Shown in pieces: positions 1 to 10,864 of a DNA stretch of 64,000 nt (position 1 is its first letter; each line of letters starts with the position of its first letter). Source of the DNA: Planctomycetota bacterium (GTDB lineage Bacteria; Planctomycetota; UBA1135; UBA2386); the NCBI GenBank assembly GCA_046290465.1, contig JBKAGP010000001.1:3936001-4000000 (forward strand). Reading direction: 5' to 3'. The translations under genes were made by a program, and so were the position numbers. Below the pieces are notes generated by a model. That model was not told the DNA's origin, ran no database searches, and was given only the letters and a program-made list of their open reading frames with translations.

Positions 1-337
1 ATTCCTGGGCGGGTTTCCTCTCATTCCCTTGCTTCGTGGTGCTCTTCCTGCACCACATATCTCCTTCACCATGTGCATACCGATTGCACGGTCGGCAAGC
101 AAGCCTGAGAACGGCTGGATCGACCCGCGGCGTGCATGCATTTGCAGCCGGGCTGCGCGGCCTTCGGCATCCGTACATACCGATTCCCGGCAGCCTCCGA
201 AAATCGGGTACCCACGTCAGTCTCGATCGATACACCGAGCCAGGACCCGTCAGGTCCACCGGTCGCCCGCGATCGTCGAAGTCCCATCGCGTGACCTCGA
301 AGCCGCGCGGGTCCCTGGAGGCTGGCCCCCCCCCAGT

Positions 338-389
338 CCTAAACCGCTGTCCTAACCCGCTGGCCTAACCCGCTGGCCTCGCCCGCTGG
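338..389. repeat. Four tandem 13-bp direct repeats (consensus CCTAACCCGCTGG) upstream of the S8 peptidase
   Basis: cctaaaccgctgt / cctaacccgctgg / cctaacccgctgg / cctcgcccgctgg, read directly; about 80 bp upstream of the ATG at 470. Confidence 0.85.
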
Positions 390-469
390 CCGCCACAGGC
401 GCGAACTCCCCCCTTCCCCTCTCGCAAGGCGAGCCGTCGCCTTAGTCTCTGTCGACCCGGAAGGAGCCC

Positions 470-2260
470 ATGAACGACAACCGTCCCACCCTCTCTCGCC
501 TCGCGGCCGCCGCGGCCTGCTCGGCGATCCTGTGGTCCACTGCCGCCGTCGGCCAGCAGGCGCAGCGCGCCCGGCGCGCCGTGATGCCCAAGACCCTGGC
601 CAACGCGCTGCCGGTCGCCGCCGAGCAGACCCGCGTGGTCGTCAAGCTGGCCGAGGGCCGACCCGAGCTGGTCCGCCGCGGCGCGATCGACGCAGCGGAG
701 ATCCTCGCGGTGATCGATGGCCGGTCGACGCGCTCGTTCTTCGCCGGGCTCGAGGACGAGCTGGCTTCGATCCGCGCGCGCCAGCTCGCGGCGGCGCCGG
801 AAGGCACCCGGCCGGCGGTCGACCTGTCGCTCTACTACGAGGTGCACGCCAACAGCGCCGCGGACGCGCGACGGCTGGTGCAGCAGCTCAACGCGCTGCC
901 GAGCGTCGAGCTCGCCTACCCGCGCGAACTGCCGACGCCGCCGCCCGGTGACGACCCGCCGTTCACGCCCGACTTCAGCAACCAGCAGGGCTACCGCGCG
1001 CCGGCGCCCGACGGCATCGACGCCAACGCGGTGCAGGCGTTGACCGGCGCCTCGGGCGCGGGCATCACGGTGCTCGACATCGAGTGGGGCTGGGACTTCG
1101 GCCACGAGGACATCGCGCCGCTGACGGCCGCGTCGCTGATCGGCCCGCCGATCTTCAACTCGACCTACAACAACCACGGCGTCGCCGCATGCGGCGAGAT
1201 CGCGGCCGATGTCGACGGCCACGGCGTTTCGGGCCTCAACCCCGACATCACGCTGCGCGTCGCCACCGACTACCCGGCCAGCGGCTACAGCGTCGCCAAC
1301 GCGATCGCAGCGGGCTTGCCGGCGCTCGGCAGCGGCGACGTGATGCTGCTCGAGGCGCAGACGTCGACGCCGCTCGGCCTCGGCCCGACCGAGTGGAACC
1401 AGGCCGACTTCGACGCGATCCTGATCGCGACCAACCTCGGCATCCTCACCGTCGAGGCCGCCGGCAACGGCGGCGTCAACCTCGACTCGCCGGTGCTCAA
1501 CGGCCTGTTCGATCTCAGCGTGCGCGATTCGGGCGCGATCATCGTCGGCGCCAGCGACGGCGTATCGCTCGCCCGCGCCGGGTTCAGCTCGTACGGCTCG
1601 CGCGTCACCGCCAACGGCTGGGGCCGCGATGTCGCGACGACCGGCTACGGCTCGCTGTTCTCGGCGCCCGGCACGTCGCTGCAGGACTACACCGCGTCGT
1701 TCAACGGCACGTCGTCGGCCTCGCCGATCGTGACGGCCGCGGTCGTCGCCGTGCGCGGCGCCGCCGACGCGCAGCTCGACCCCACCGCGGCCGCGGCGCT
1801 CGATGCGTTCGCGCTGCGCTCCTTGATCGAGGCCACCGGCACGCCGATCCCCAACATCGGCAGCCGCCCCGATGCGGCCGCACTGCTGGCCGCCGCCGAC
1901 ATCCTGCGCGGCCTGACGGTCAGCGCCGACCCGCGGCTCGGCACCAACGTCGTGCTCGAGATCGAGCGCTCGTTTGCCGGCACCACCGGCGACCTCTACG
2001 GCCTGTTCGGCGCGACGTCGACGATGAACGCGCCGCTGCCGGCGCCGTTCGTCGCCGACAGCCGCCGCCTGCTCGACCCGGCCACGACCGCGCCGGCCTC
2101 GTTCGGCACGTTCAACGGCGCGACCGCCGACTACACGATCTCCGTTCCCAACAACGCCGCACTGGTCGGCCAGAGCTTCTACTTCCAGGCGATCACGCTG
2201 GACCAGAACAACGGCTCGCTGGCCGCGACCAACAGCGCCCGGGTCTACGTGCGCAAGTAG
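470..2260 (+). CDS. Secreted subtilisin-like S8 serine peptidase with propeptide and shared C-terminal domain
   Basis: RBS GAAGGAG; signal peptide; catalytic Asp (VLDIEWG), His (NNHGVAACG), oxyanion Asn (AAGNG), Ser (FNGTSSAS). Confidence 0.93.
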   Translation: MNDNRPTLSRLAAAAACSAILWSTAAVGQQAQRARRAVMPKTLANALPVAAEQTRVVVKLAEGRPELVRRGAIDAAEILAVIDGRSTRSFFAGLEDELASIRARQLAAAPEGTRPAVDLSLYYEVHANSAADARRLVQQLNALPSVELAYPRELPTPPPGDDPPFTPDFSNQQGYRAPAPDGIDANAVQALTGASGAGITVLDIEWGWDFGHEDIAPLTAASLIGPPIFNSTYNNHGVAACGEIAADVDGHGVSGLNPDITLRVATDYPASGYSVANAIAAGLPALGSGDVMLLEAQTSTPLGLGPTEWNQADFDAILIATNLGILTVEAAGNGGVNLDSPVLNGLFDLSVRDSGAIIVGASDGVSLARAGFSSYGSRVTANGWGRDVATTGYGSLFSAPGTSLQDYTASFNGTSSASPIVTAAVVAVRGAADAQLDPTAAAALDAFALRSLIEATGTPIPNIGSRPDAAALLAAADILRGLTVSADPRLGTNVVLEIERSFAGTTGDLYGLFGATSTMNAPLPAPFVADSRRLLDPATTAPASFGTFNGATADYTISVPNNAALVGQSFYFQAITLDQNNGSLAATNSARVYVRK

Positions 2261-2423
2261 TCGCCCCCGCCGCCGTGGCGCCGCGGCAAGCAGGCGGGCG
2301 GGCGGCAGGCGGGCCGGGCGGCGCCCCTGGACGGCCCCGACGACCCCGGGGAGAATCCGTCGGCGCGGCGACCGGGGAAGAGCCGCTCGACATCCGCAAC
2401 CTCGCCCGGGACAGGAGACCATC

Positions 2424-5120
2424 ATGAACGTTCGCACATCCGCTCGACCATCGGGCTCTCGCGCGCCGCACGGCGCCCTGCTGGCCGCGATCGTCGCGTC
2501 GGTGGTCGCCGACCACGCGCAGGCACAGGCGCCGCGGTTCGCATCGCTCGCGCCGGCCGCGACGTTTCCGACCCGGTCGGACGCGAGCTACGGCATGGTC
2601 ACGGGCGACTTCGACGGCGACGGCGACGACGACGTCGTGTTCGCCAACACCGGCCAGAACACGTTCTATCGCAACCGCGGCGACGGCACCTTCGAGGACG
2701 TCACCGCGACCCACATGCCGGTCGACACGGCGAGCAGCCGCCACGTCAGCGCCGGGGACGTCGACGGCGACGGCGACCTCGACCTCGTCATCGGCAACCG
2801 ATACGCCACCAACCGCCTGCTGCTCAACGACGGCTCCGGCGTGTTCTCGGACGGCACGCCGGCAGCGATGGCCGCGCACCAGGAACCGACGAGCACGGCG
2901 ATCCTCGGCGACCTCGACGGCGACGGCGACCTCGACATCGCGATCGGCAACCGCGGGACGTCGAGCTACTACTCGGCTCCCTACGACGGCCAGAACCGGG
3001 TCTTCCGCAACGACGGCACCGGCCAGTTCACGGAGGCGACGGCGAGCGTCCTGCCGAGCGCCCAGACGATCACCGAGTCGCTGATCGCGTGCGACGTCGA
3101 CGGCGACGGCGACCTCGACCTGATCGAACTCGGCGGCGAGGACGAGGTGTTCGGCCCGTACGGATCGTGGACGGTTTCGAGCGACACCAAGGTGCTGCGC
3201 AACGACGGCACCGGCGTGTTCGTCAGCGCGGTGGGCGCGATCCCAACGACGCCGGCCGGCACCGCGCATCCGTTCGACCAGGACCTCGACGGCGACCTCG
3301 ACCTGATAGTCATCGACTGCAGCGACCAGCCGCGCTTCTACCGCAACAACGGTGCGGGCGCGTTCGTCGACGTGACCGTGGGCACGATGCCGTACGCCGG
3401 CGGCGTCGCCTGTGCGACCTGCGTCGTGACGCCCGACCTCGACGGCGACGGCGATCCCGACGTGCTGATCGGCAACCGCTTCGGCGTCGAGATGGCGCTG
3501 GTCAACCAGGGCGACGGCACCTTCTGGTGGTGGTCCGGCGAGATCACCGGCAGCCTGTCCACCGCCGCGCGCCGGATGGCCGCAGTGGACGTCGACGGCG
3601 ACGGCGACCGGGACCTCGTGATGGCGAGTTCGGACGGGCCCAACCTGCTGCTGCATTGGAACGGCATCGATCGCTTCGTCGACCCCGACGCCGTCGGGGG
3701 TGCCCAGTGGTTTGCCCGAGCGCAGTCCTACCCCGAGGGCGGTGCGATGGTCGACCTCGACGGGGACGGCCGTCGCGACCTCGTGCAGATCGATGTGGCG
3801 CAGGGCGTGTCGGTGCTCGCCCACACCGGCAACGGCTTCGAGCGGCGGACCGGTTGGGAGCCGCAGATCACGCAGGTGTCGTATCCGGCGCGCATGGCCG
3901 CGGGCGACCTCGACGGCGACGGCGACCCCGACGTGCTCGCGGCGACGTTTGGCGCGCTGGTGGTCTGCCGCAACGACGGCACCGGCCGCCTGGTCGCGTC
4001 GTCCAGCGCCTACGCGGGCTTCAGCCAGGTGCAGAGCATCGCCATCGGTGACGTCGACGGCGACGGCAATGCCGACGTCGTGGTCGGCGTTGCCGCCGGC
4101 GCGGCGGTCTCGGTGCTGCGCGGTGACGGCGCGGGCGGGCTCGCGGCGGGGGTCGGCATCCCGAACTCGTCGTACGGCGGCAGGGACCTGGCCCTGTTCG
4201 ACCTCGACGGCGACGGAGACCTCGACATCGTCTCGTGCCAGTCGCTCGGCGCCTTCCTCTACGAGAACGACGGCAGCGGCAACTTCACAGTGCTCGCCTC
4301 GCCAACGCTGACCCAGGTCCTGTCGTCGCCACAGTCCGTCGACGTCGCGGACGTCGACGGCGACGGGGACCTCGATCTGGTGTTCGTCGACGGCAGCTCG
4401 TGGTCGACGCAGACCCAGCGGCTGTTCCTCAACACCGGCACCGGCGTGTTCGGCAGCGCCCCGAACGGCAACCTGCCCCCGCACGGCCTCCCGGCAGGCC
4501 GCCACCTCAACCACATCCGGTTCGTCGACTTCGACGGCGACGGCGACGCGGACGTCGCGTCGCTCTACGCGGTGAGCTCGTCCGGCCTGCAGCTCGGCGG
4601 CGCGCGCCTGTTCGAGAACCAGGGCAACGGCAGCTTCCAGGACGTCTCGACCGACGTCGCCGAGTGGAGCACGACGCCGAGGGAGCTGTTCGTCGACGAC
4701 GTCGACCTCGACGGCGACCCCGACCTGCTGGCGCTCGGGAACCCGGGCCCCTCGGTCTACTTCAACCTGCGTCGCCACGTGCACATCGCGGCCCGGCTGC
4801 AGCCCGGCGGCACGCTCGAGCTCGAGGCCTATGCGCGCGGCGTGCAGGTCGCACCGACCGCGATCGTCATCCCGTGGGTTTCGCAGGTCGCCGTGTCGGT
4901 CCCGCTGCCGCCGTTCGGCCACCTCGGCATCGACCCGCTCGCCGCGATCAGCCTGCCGCCGATCGCGATCGACCCGGCCACCGGCGACGGCACGGCGTCG
5001 CTGCCGTTGCCCAACCTGCCGGGGCTGGTCGGCCAGCCGCTGCTGGTGCAGGGGCTGCTGCTCAACCCGCCCGGGGAGCTGGAGCTGACCAACACGTCGA
5101 CGCGGGTGTTCGTGCCGTAG
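2424..5120 (+). CDS. Secreted FG-GAP/VCBS repeat beta-propeller protein with shared C-terminal domain
   Basis: RBS CAGGAG; signal peptide; many GDxDGDGDLD...NDGxGxF repeats. Confidence 0.92.
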   Translation: MNVRTSARPSGSRAPHGALLAAIVASVVADHAQAQAPRFASLAPAATFPTRSDASYGMVTGDFDGDGDDDVVFANTGQNTFYRNRGDGTFEDVTATHMPVDTASSRHVSAGDVDGDGDLDLVIGNRYATNRLLLNDGSGVFSDGTPAAMAAHQEPTSTAILGDLDGDGDLDIAIGNRGTSSYYSAPYDGQNRVFRNDGTGQFTEATASVLPSAQTITESLIACDVDGDGDLDLIELGGEDEVFGPYGSWTVSSDTKVLRNDGTGVFVSAVGAIPTTPAGTAHPFDQDLDGDLDLIVIDCSDQPRFYRNNGAGAFVDVTVGTMPYAGGVACATCVVTPDLDGDGDPDVLIGNRFGVEMALVNQGDGTFWWWSGEITGSLSTAARRMAAVDVDGDGDRDLVMASSDGPNLLLHWNGIDRFVDPDAVGGAQWFARAQSYPEGGAMVDLDGDGRRDLVQIDVAQGVSVLAHTGNGFERRTGWEPQITQVSYPARMAAGDLDGDGDPDVLAATFGALVVCRNDGTGRLVASSSAYAGFSQVQSIAIGDVDGDGNADVVVGVAAGAAVSVLRGDGAGGLAAGVGIPNSSYGGRDLALFDLDGDGDLDIVSCQSLGAFLYENDGSGNFTVLASPTLTQVLSSPQSVDVADVDGDGDLDLVFVDGSSWSTQTQRLFLNTGTGVFGSAPNGNLPPHGLPAGRHLNHIRFVDFDGDGDADVASLYAVSSSGLQLGGARLFENQGNGSFQDVSTDVAEWSTTPRELFVDDVDLDGDPDLLALGNPGPSVYFNLRRHVHIAARLQPGGTLELEAYARGVQVAPTAIVIPWVSQVAVSVPLPPFGHLGIDPLAAISLPPIAIDPATGDGTASLPLPNLPGLVGQPLLVQGLLLNPPGELELTNTSTRVFVP

Positions 5121-5125
5121 ACCCC

Positions 5126-6076
5126 CTACCGGCTGCGGCGCAACCGCGCGCGCAGCATGTCTGCGGCGAGCACCAGCACCGCGAGCCAGATCAACGCGTA
5201 GCCCAACCACAGGCGCGGGTCGGCGGGACGTTCGCCGTAGACCAGCACGCCGAGCAGCACCTGGCCGGTCGGCGCGGTGAACTGCAGGAAGCCGATCGTC
5301 GACAGCGGCAGGCGCGCGGCGGCGGCGGCGAAGCACAGCAGCGGCACCGCCGTGCTGATGCCGGTCAACGCCAACAGCGATGCGGTCGCACCGCCGCCCA
5401 CGACGAACGCCGGCGGCACCGCCAGCAGGCCGGGCCCGAGCAGGATCCAGGCCAGCGCGAACGGCGTCAGCATGCCGGTCTCGATGGTCAGTCCGACCAC
5501 CGGTCCCGCCGCGACGCCCTTGCGGACCAGCCCGTAGAAGCCGAACGACAGCGCCAGCGCGGCCTCGATCCACGGCAGCTCACCGCCGAGCAGGATCGCG
5601 ATGCCGAGCAGCGTCGCCATCCCAGCCGCCGCGAACCCGACCGCCCACCACTGCGTGCGGCGCAGCCGTTCGCCGAGCAGCATCGTGCCGAGTGCGATCT
5701 GCACGATCGGCGTGACGAAGTAGCCGATCCCGGCGCGATACAGCTCGCCGCGCGCCATCGCGACGATGAACACGCTCCAGTTGATCGTCACCAGCACGGC
5801 CGCCAGCGACAGCCGGCCGAGTGCCCGCCGATCGCGAACGGTCTCGCCGAGCCGCCCGAAGCTGCGCCGCTGCCAGCACAGCACCAGACAGAACAGCAGC
5901 GACCACACGATCCGGTGCGCGAGGATCTCCAGCGACCACGCAACCGGCTCGGCGGTCACCTCGTCGGGCGCGACGGCGCCGAGCGCCTTGACGTGCAGCG
6001 GAAAGACGAACGCCCACCAGCCGTACGCCGCGAGTCCGAACCAGAGGCCGGCGCGTGCGGATCGGGTAGGGCTCAT
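5126..6076 (-). CDS. rarD: EamA/DMT-family transporter RarD
   Basis: About 10 hydrophobic helices; RarD motifs EILAHRIVWS, INW, GYFVTP, GERL, SFGFYGLVRK, LSTIGFLQF. Confidence 0.9.
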   Translation of the reverse strand: MSPTRSARAGLWFGLAAYGWWAFVFPLHVKALGAVAPDEVTAEPVAWSLEILAHRIVWSLLFCLVLCWQRRSFGRLGETVRDRRALGRLSLAAVLVTINWSVFIVAMARGELYRAGIGYFVTPIVQIALGTMLLGERLRRTQWWAVGFAAAGMATLLGIAILLGGELPWIEAALALSFGFYGLVRKGVAAGPVVGLTIETGMLTPFALAWILLGPGLLAVPPAFVVGGGATASLLALTGISTAVPLLCFAAAAARLPLSTIGFLQFTAPTGQVLLGVLVYGERPADPRLWLGYALIWLAVLVLAADMLRARLRRSR

Positions 6077-6172
6077 CGAGGGTCGTCGCGTCGGCGCGCC
6101 GGGCAGGACATCGGGGCGGGGATGCTATCGCGGCGACGACCGCATGCACGCCGCGACCTGCGAGCCGACGAC

Positions 6173-7537
6173 CTACAGGTCGCCGACGAACCACTCGATG
6201 CCGTTGCTCGCGACGACCTGGCGCGCGTTGGCTCCGGGCGCGAGCGCGTAGGCCTGCAAGAACACCGTCTGGCCGACGATCGACAGGTCGTTCGGCAGCT
6301 GCTGGTCGAACCTCAGGGTCGCCGGCCCGGTCACGGTCGTGGCCAACCCGAGCACGTCCGAGGACTGCAGCAGCTCGCAGCCGGGCATCCCGATCGCCGC
6401 CAGCGTCACCGGCAACGCGAACGGTCCGTAGTTGGTGTTGCTCCAACCGATGGCGACCGCGGCCAGGTTGGCAGGCGCCTGGTCGATCGTTGCGCTCGCG
6501 ACCTGCCCGATGATCGGGCGCGCCGCGGTCGACGGCGCAAACGTCAGCGCCGGGGCTCCACAGCCCATGCCGTAGGTCGCGGCGACCGCCGTCGTTCCGA
6601 ACTGCCCGCGCGTCCACGTCTGGCTCTGGGAGCCATTCCTCAGGAACAGCACCATGCGCTGCCGGGTGCGATCGAACGCCATCGCGTGGGTGTCGCTCGA
6701 TGGCGGATTGGTCGCGGGGGACTGCGCCTGCCACGACACGCCGTTCCATTCCACGGTGTCCGCACCGCCGCCGTCACCGCCGTACAGGACCACCGTCTGG
6801 CGAACCGTGTCATAGGCCATCTTGTGATCCTTGCGGCCGTTGGGCATCGCGGACGTCATGGCACTGCGCAGACTCCAGTCGACGCCATCCCATTCCCAGG
6901 TGTCGCGCTCTTGGTTGGAGTTGATGCGGCCACCGAACAGCACGGTCCGCTGGCGCAGTTCGTCGTAGGCCATGCCGTGCGACATCCGCGGCGCCGGCGC
7001 GTTGGCCGGTGTGCGAAGCAACCAGGTCACGCCGTCCCACTCCCAGGTCTGGTTGGAGAAGAAGCTCCCGTTGAGCAGGCCGCCGAACAGCACGACGCGC
7101 TGGCGCGCCACGTCGTACGACATCGTGTGGCTGTGACGCGGCGACGGCGAGGTCGCCGGAGTGACCTCGACCCAATCGACGCCGTCCCACTCCCAGGTGT
7201 CGTTCAGCAAGCCGTTGCCAGCTCCCCCGAACAGCACGATCCGGCCACGAGCACGGTCGAACACCATCGCCGCGTTCGAGCGTGGCGGCGGATAGTGCTG
7301 GGAGAACCGCGCGGCCCAACTGGTGCCGTCCCACTCCCAGACGTCCCCGAGCAGGGGCCCCGTCGTCGGAAATCCTCCGAACAGCATGGTGCGGCCCCGC
7401 ACGTCGTCGTGAGCCATGCATGCCCAGATGCGCGGCGAAGGGGCGTTGCTGGGACTTTCGAGTCGCCAGGTGAACGCCTGGGACGACAGGTATCCGGCCG
7501 AGAGGAGAACGGCTGCGAAGGCAGGTAGCTTGGACAT
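6173..7537 (-). CDS. Secreted Kelch-repeat protein with shared C-terminal domain
   Basis: Start MSKLPAFAAVLL (signal peptide); repeats MAYDxxRxRxVLFGG...DTWEWDG. Confidence 0.9.
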   Translation of the reverse strand: MSKLPAFAAVLLSAGYLSSQAFTWRLESPSNAPSPRIWACMAHDDVRGRTMLFGGFPTTGPLLGDVWEWDGTSWAARFSQHYPPPRSNAAMVFDRARGRIVLFGGAGNGLLNDTWEWDGVDWVEVTPATSPSPRHSHTMSYDVARQRVVLFGGLLNGSFFSNQTWEWDGVTWLLRTPANAPAPRMSHGMAYDELRQRTVLFGGRINSNQERDTWEWDGVDWSLRSAMTSAMPNGRKDHKMAYDTVRQTVVLYGGDGGGADTVEWNGVSWQAQSPATNPPSSDTHAMAFDRTRQRMVLFLRNGSQSQTWTRGQFGTTAVAATYGMGCGAPALTFAPSTAARPIIGQVASATIDQAPANLAAVAIGWSNTNYGPFALPVTLAAIGMPGCELLQSSDVLGLATTVTGPATLRFDQQLPNDLSIVGQTVFLQAYALAPGANARQVVASNGIEWFVGDL

Positions 7538-7666
7538 GGGGTCGGATCGGGTCGCGAGGATTCGCTCCGATCGTAGCTCCGGGACGACCAGGTCGTGCAC
7601 CAGCGGTGTCCCGCCAACGGTCGCGCCGACCGGCGGCAGCGCCCGAGGCCGCGCCGCCCGCGGGCG

Positions 7667-9187
7667 TCAGTTCTCGGCGGTGATCGTGACCTCGGGCAAC
7701 TGCTCGCGCAGCCAGCTCAGCGAACCGACGCTCGACCAGCGCAGGTGTAGTTCGCGCAGTGAACGGGCCGCCTGCAGCGGCGCGACCCCGAAGCGACCGC
7801 ACGAGACCAGCTGCAGCCGGACCAGGTCGGGCGCGGCGGCGGCTGCCGCGACGTCGGCCGCCACCGGGTAGGTCAGCTCGACGCGCTGCACGCCGTGCGC
7901 CTCCGCCAGCGCCTCGCGCACCTCGTCGGCCATCGGATACTCGTAGCGCCATTCGACGAACGCGCCGCTCCGCAGCAGCGACGCCACCTCGCGCTGCACC
8001 TGCGCCTGCTGTGGCATGCCCGCCTCGCGCGCCTCCTCCTCGGTCGGCACCGCCTGGGTCGGATGCGAGAACGCGCGCAACCGGATCGCGCGGCCGAGGT
8101 GCAGTCGGCGCAGCGACGGCATCTCACCGATGGCACGGTAGACGTCGGCGCCGGCGTCGGGCGCCATCGTCAACTTCAGCCCGGTCAGCTGCCTGGGCAG
8201 CGCGCGGATCGCCGCCGCCGAGACCGCGACGCTCTCGAGGCGCAGCTCGTCGAGCAGCGGCAGGTCCGCCAAGGCCCGCGCGACCGGCTCGGTCAGCCCG
8301 ACCGAGTCGTCGGCGAACCCGATGCCCAGCTCGGCGGCAGCCGGCTGGCGGCCCAGCCCGGCGAGCCGCAACCGCCGCAGCTGGTGGCAACCGCGCAGCT
8401 CCCGCAACACCGCCTCGGTGCAGCCGCATAGCTGGGCGAGCCCGAGCGACTGCAGCGACGGCATCGACGCCACCATGCGCAGCGTGGCCACGTCGAGCGT
8501 GACCGTTGGTTCGATCGCGACCAGCTCGAGCCCGACCAGCCCGCGCAGCCGACGCAGCACGTCGAGGTCGGCCGCGACGAGGTCGCGCCGCAGCGTCAGC
8601 GTCAGGAAGCGCAACCGCGGCAGCCTGGTCAGCGTGCGCAGCCGCTCCGCGTCGAGCGCAGCAGGAACCTGCAGGTGCAGGTTCTCGAGCGCCGGCAGTT
8701 CGGCCAGCGGCTCGAGGCAGTCGCGAGCCAGGTCGTCGTGGGTCGCACGCACCGTGCTCGGGATCTGCAGCCACAGGTAGCGCAGGCGCTCGCACGCCAG
8801 CAGCCGTTCGAGCCCGCTGCTGGCCGGGTGCCAGCTGAAGATCATGCTCGAAGCCGTGGCCGGCACGCGGCTGTCGGGCCCCATCACCGCGACGATCGGC
8901 AGCGGCTGCGGTGGATCGAGGCGCACCGGTTCCTGCGGACCGGCCTCGCGGTCGGCAGCGCGCATCTGCACGACCGCGACCGTCACGAACAGGCCGAGCA
9001 GCACCACCGCGGCCTCGACCCAGCGCCGCCGCGGGCGCGGTGCCGGCGACGAGGCGGCCGCCGTTTCGCCCTCCGCGTCGTCGACCGCAAACCGGTCGAT
9101 CGGCACATCCATCGCCTGCGCCAGTTCGGCATCGAACAGCCGCCGCCTGGCCGGCCCGCTGGGATCCGTGTGCTCCGCTTCGTTCAT
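7667..9187 (-). CDS. Putative membrane-anchored anti-sigma factor with extracytoplasmic leucine-rich repeats
   Basis: ATGA overlap with the upstream sigma gene; one TM helix (AAVVLLGLFVTVAVV); LxxLxxLxL repeats. Confidence 0.75.
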   Translation of the reverse strand: MNEAEHTDPSGPARRRLFDAELAQAMDVPIDRFAVDDAEGETAAASSPAPRPRRRWVEAAVVLLGLFVTVAVVQMRAADREAGPQEPVRLDPPQPLPIVAVMGPDSRVPATASSMIFSWHPASSGLERLLACERLRYLWLQIPSTVRATHDDLARDCLEPLAELPALENLHLQVPAALDAERLRTLTRLPRLRFLTLTLRRDLVAADLDVLRRLRGLVGLELVAIEPTVTLDVATLRMVASMPSLQSLGLAQLCGCTEAVLRELRGCHQLRRLRLAGLGRQPAAAELGIGFADDSVGLTEPVARALADLPLLDELRLESVAVSAAAIRALPRQLTGLKLTMAPDAGADVYRAIGEMPSLRRLHLGRAIRLRAFSHPTQAVPTEEEAREAGMPQQAQVQREVASLLRSGAFVEWRYEYPMADEVREALAEAHGVQRVELTYPVAADVAAAAAAPDLVRLQLVSCGRFGVAPLQAARSLRELHLRWSSVGSLSWLREQLPEVTITAEN

Positions 9188-9711
9188 CGTTCCGTCCTCC
9201 TGACGCCGAGCCGCACCTCGACGCATCGCTTGAGTCCTTCGCGCAGCCGGCGCAGCGCCGACTTGACGCCTTCGGCCCGCAGGCCGAGTTCGCGCGCGAG
9301 CGTCGCCCGGTCGGCGCCGTCCCGATAGCGCCGATCGAGCAGCCGCCGGCTCGCCGCCGGCAGCGCCCGCACGCAGTCGCGCAGCGCCACCACCCGTGCC
9401 TCGGTCTCGGCCCCGACCTGCTCGTGCCAGACGCGGTCGCCGAGTTCGATCTCACGCCGGCCGGCTGCGTCGCTGCGGGCGCGCAAGGCCAGGTTGCGCG
9501 CGATGCCGCGCAAGAACGCGCCGCACCGGTCGGGCGTCACCGAGCCCTCGAACTGCTGCAGCGCGACGACCATGGCGTCCTGCACCAGGTCCTCGACCCG
9601 GTCTGCGCGCACCCCGAGCACGTAGACGTAGCGCCGCAGCATCGCAGTGTGCTGCGCCAGCGCCGCGCCGGCGTCGGGGATGCCACGGCCATGGGGGCTC
9701 ACGACATCCAT
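9184..9711 (-). CDS. ECF sigma-70 family RNA polymerase sigma factor
   Basis: Region 2 (VEDLVQD...AFLRGIARNL) and region 4 HTH (LRDCVRALP...VKSALRRLREGLKRCVE). Confidence 0.88.
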   Translation of the reverse strand: MDVVSPHGRGIPDAGAALAQHTAMLRRYVYVLGVRADRVEDLVQDAMVVALQQFEGSVTPDRCGAFLRGIARNLALRARSDAAGRREIELGDRVWHEQVGAETEARVVALRDCVRALPAASRRLLDRRYRDGADRATLARELGLRAEGVKSALRRLREGLKRCVEVRLGVRRTER

Positions 9712-9804
9712 CGTCCCGAGGTTCTGCCGGGCGCGCCGTTCGGGGTCGCAAAATCTCGCGTTCGCGCCGCGCGCGCTGCCGGACGCCTCGGTCCGTCGTC
9801 GTCG

Positions 9805-10743
9805 CTACGCTGCGCCGCCCTCGAACGACGCCCCGTGCTGTGCCGCGACCAGGCTGAACGTGCTGCGACCCGTTCCGAGCTGCAGCACGGCGAGGCCGCC
9901 GCCGGCGACCTTGACCCCGCGCACCAGACAGAACGCCCAGCCGGCGCGGATCGCCGACCCGAACCAGTCGGCCCAGACCTCGGCCCTGGCGACGACGACG
10001 GCCTGCCGCACGGTCCCGTTGGCGAAGAGCCGTTCGAGCTGCGGCACCACCTTGGCCGGATCGTGGCAGGCGCCGAGGAACACGTCGCCCTCGAGGTCGG
10101 CCGGCTGCAGCGAGCGATGGCCGGCGACGTGGCGGCGACCGGGCAGGCGCGGCTCCCCAACCACGACGTCCGGCACCAGGATCCTGCCGATCGCGGCCAG
10201 CAGCGGATCGGGCAGCGCGAGGTCGTTGGCGCGGCCGTTCGGCTGCTGAGGGTACGAACGGACCGCGCGCTCGTGGCTGGCCGCAAACCGCCGCGCACCG
10301 TTGCTCGACGGCACCTTCTTCTGCGAACGGGTGTATTCGACGTAGCTGCGGAACACGTCGTCGGGCACGCCAGCCAGGTCGCGATACCGTTTCGCATTTT
10401 GCTTGGTCACCCCGTGGGGCAGACCGTTGGACGCGCCGCCGCGCTTCGAAGTCACCGTGGGAGACTTCGATCCCCGCCCGCCGCGGGAGACCGTGCGCGC
10501 CAGCTCATCGCCGAGCGCCCGCTCGACCTCCAGACGGTGCACGGCAAGCCGAACGGCCTCGTCGAACGCGACATCGCACTGCCGGGCGACGGATTGCCAT
10601 GCAGAGACGAGGCGGCGAAGGTCCTCGAGACCGTCCGCGCCCTTGGCGCTGGCCAGCATGGCGCGGAAATCCTGCTCGGCCGGAAACCGGTGCACGGTCC
10701 CGCCGGGCTGGTGAACCTCGATCCTTCTCTGCTGCGTTACCAC
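9805..10743 (-). CDS. Hypothetical protein resembling phage-type DNA adenine methyltransferase proteins, with the catalytic motif apparently lost
   Basis: N-terminus (LEVERALGDEL...GVTKQNAKRYRDLAGVPDDVF) and C-terminus (GDVFL...QAVVV...WF...FCLV.G) resemble phage Dam-like proteins from memory; no NPPY/DPPY motif. Confidence 0.5.
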   Translation of the reverse strand: MVTQQRRIEVHQPGGTVHRFPAEQDFRAMLASAKGADGLEDLRRLVSAWQSVARQCDVAFDEAVRLAVHRLEVERALGDELARTVSRGGRGSKSPTVTSKRGGASNGLPHGVTKQNAKRYRDLAGVPDDVFRSYVEYTRSQKKVPSSNGARRFAASHERAVRSYPQQPNGRANDLALPDPLLAAIGRILVPDVVVGEPRLPGRRHVAGHRSLQPADLEGDVFLGACHDPAKVVPQLERLFANGTVRQAVVVARAEVWADWFGSAIRAGWAFCLVRGVKVAGGGLAVLQLGTGRSTFSLVAAQHGASFEGGAA

Positions 10744-10864
10744 GTGGCGACCTCGAGGCGCCTCGAGGGTGAGGCGCCACCGGTACCAACCACAGCAACG
10801 GCACCTTCCTTATCCGCGATACATGTACGAGACATGTGCCGCGGCGAGGATCGGGGATCGCCGG

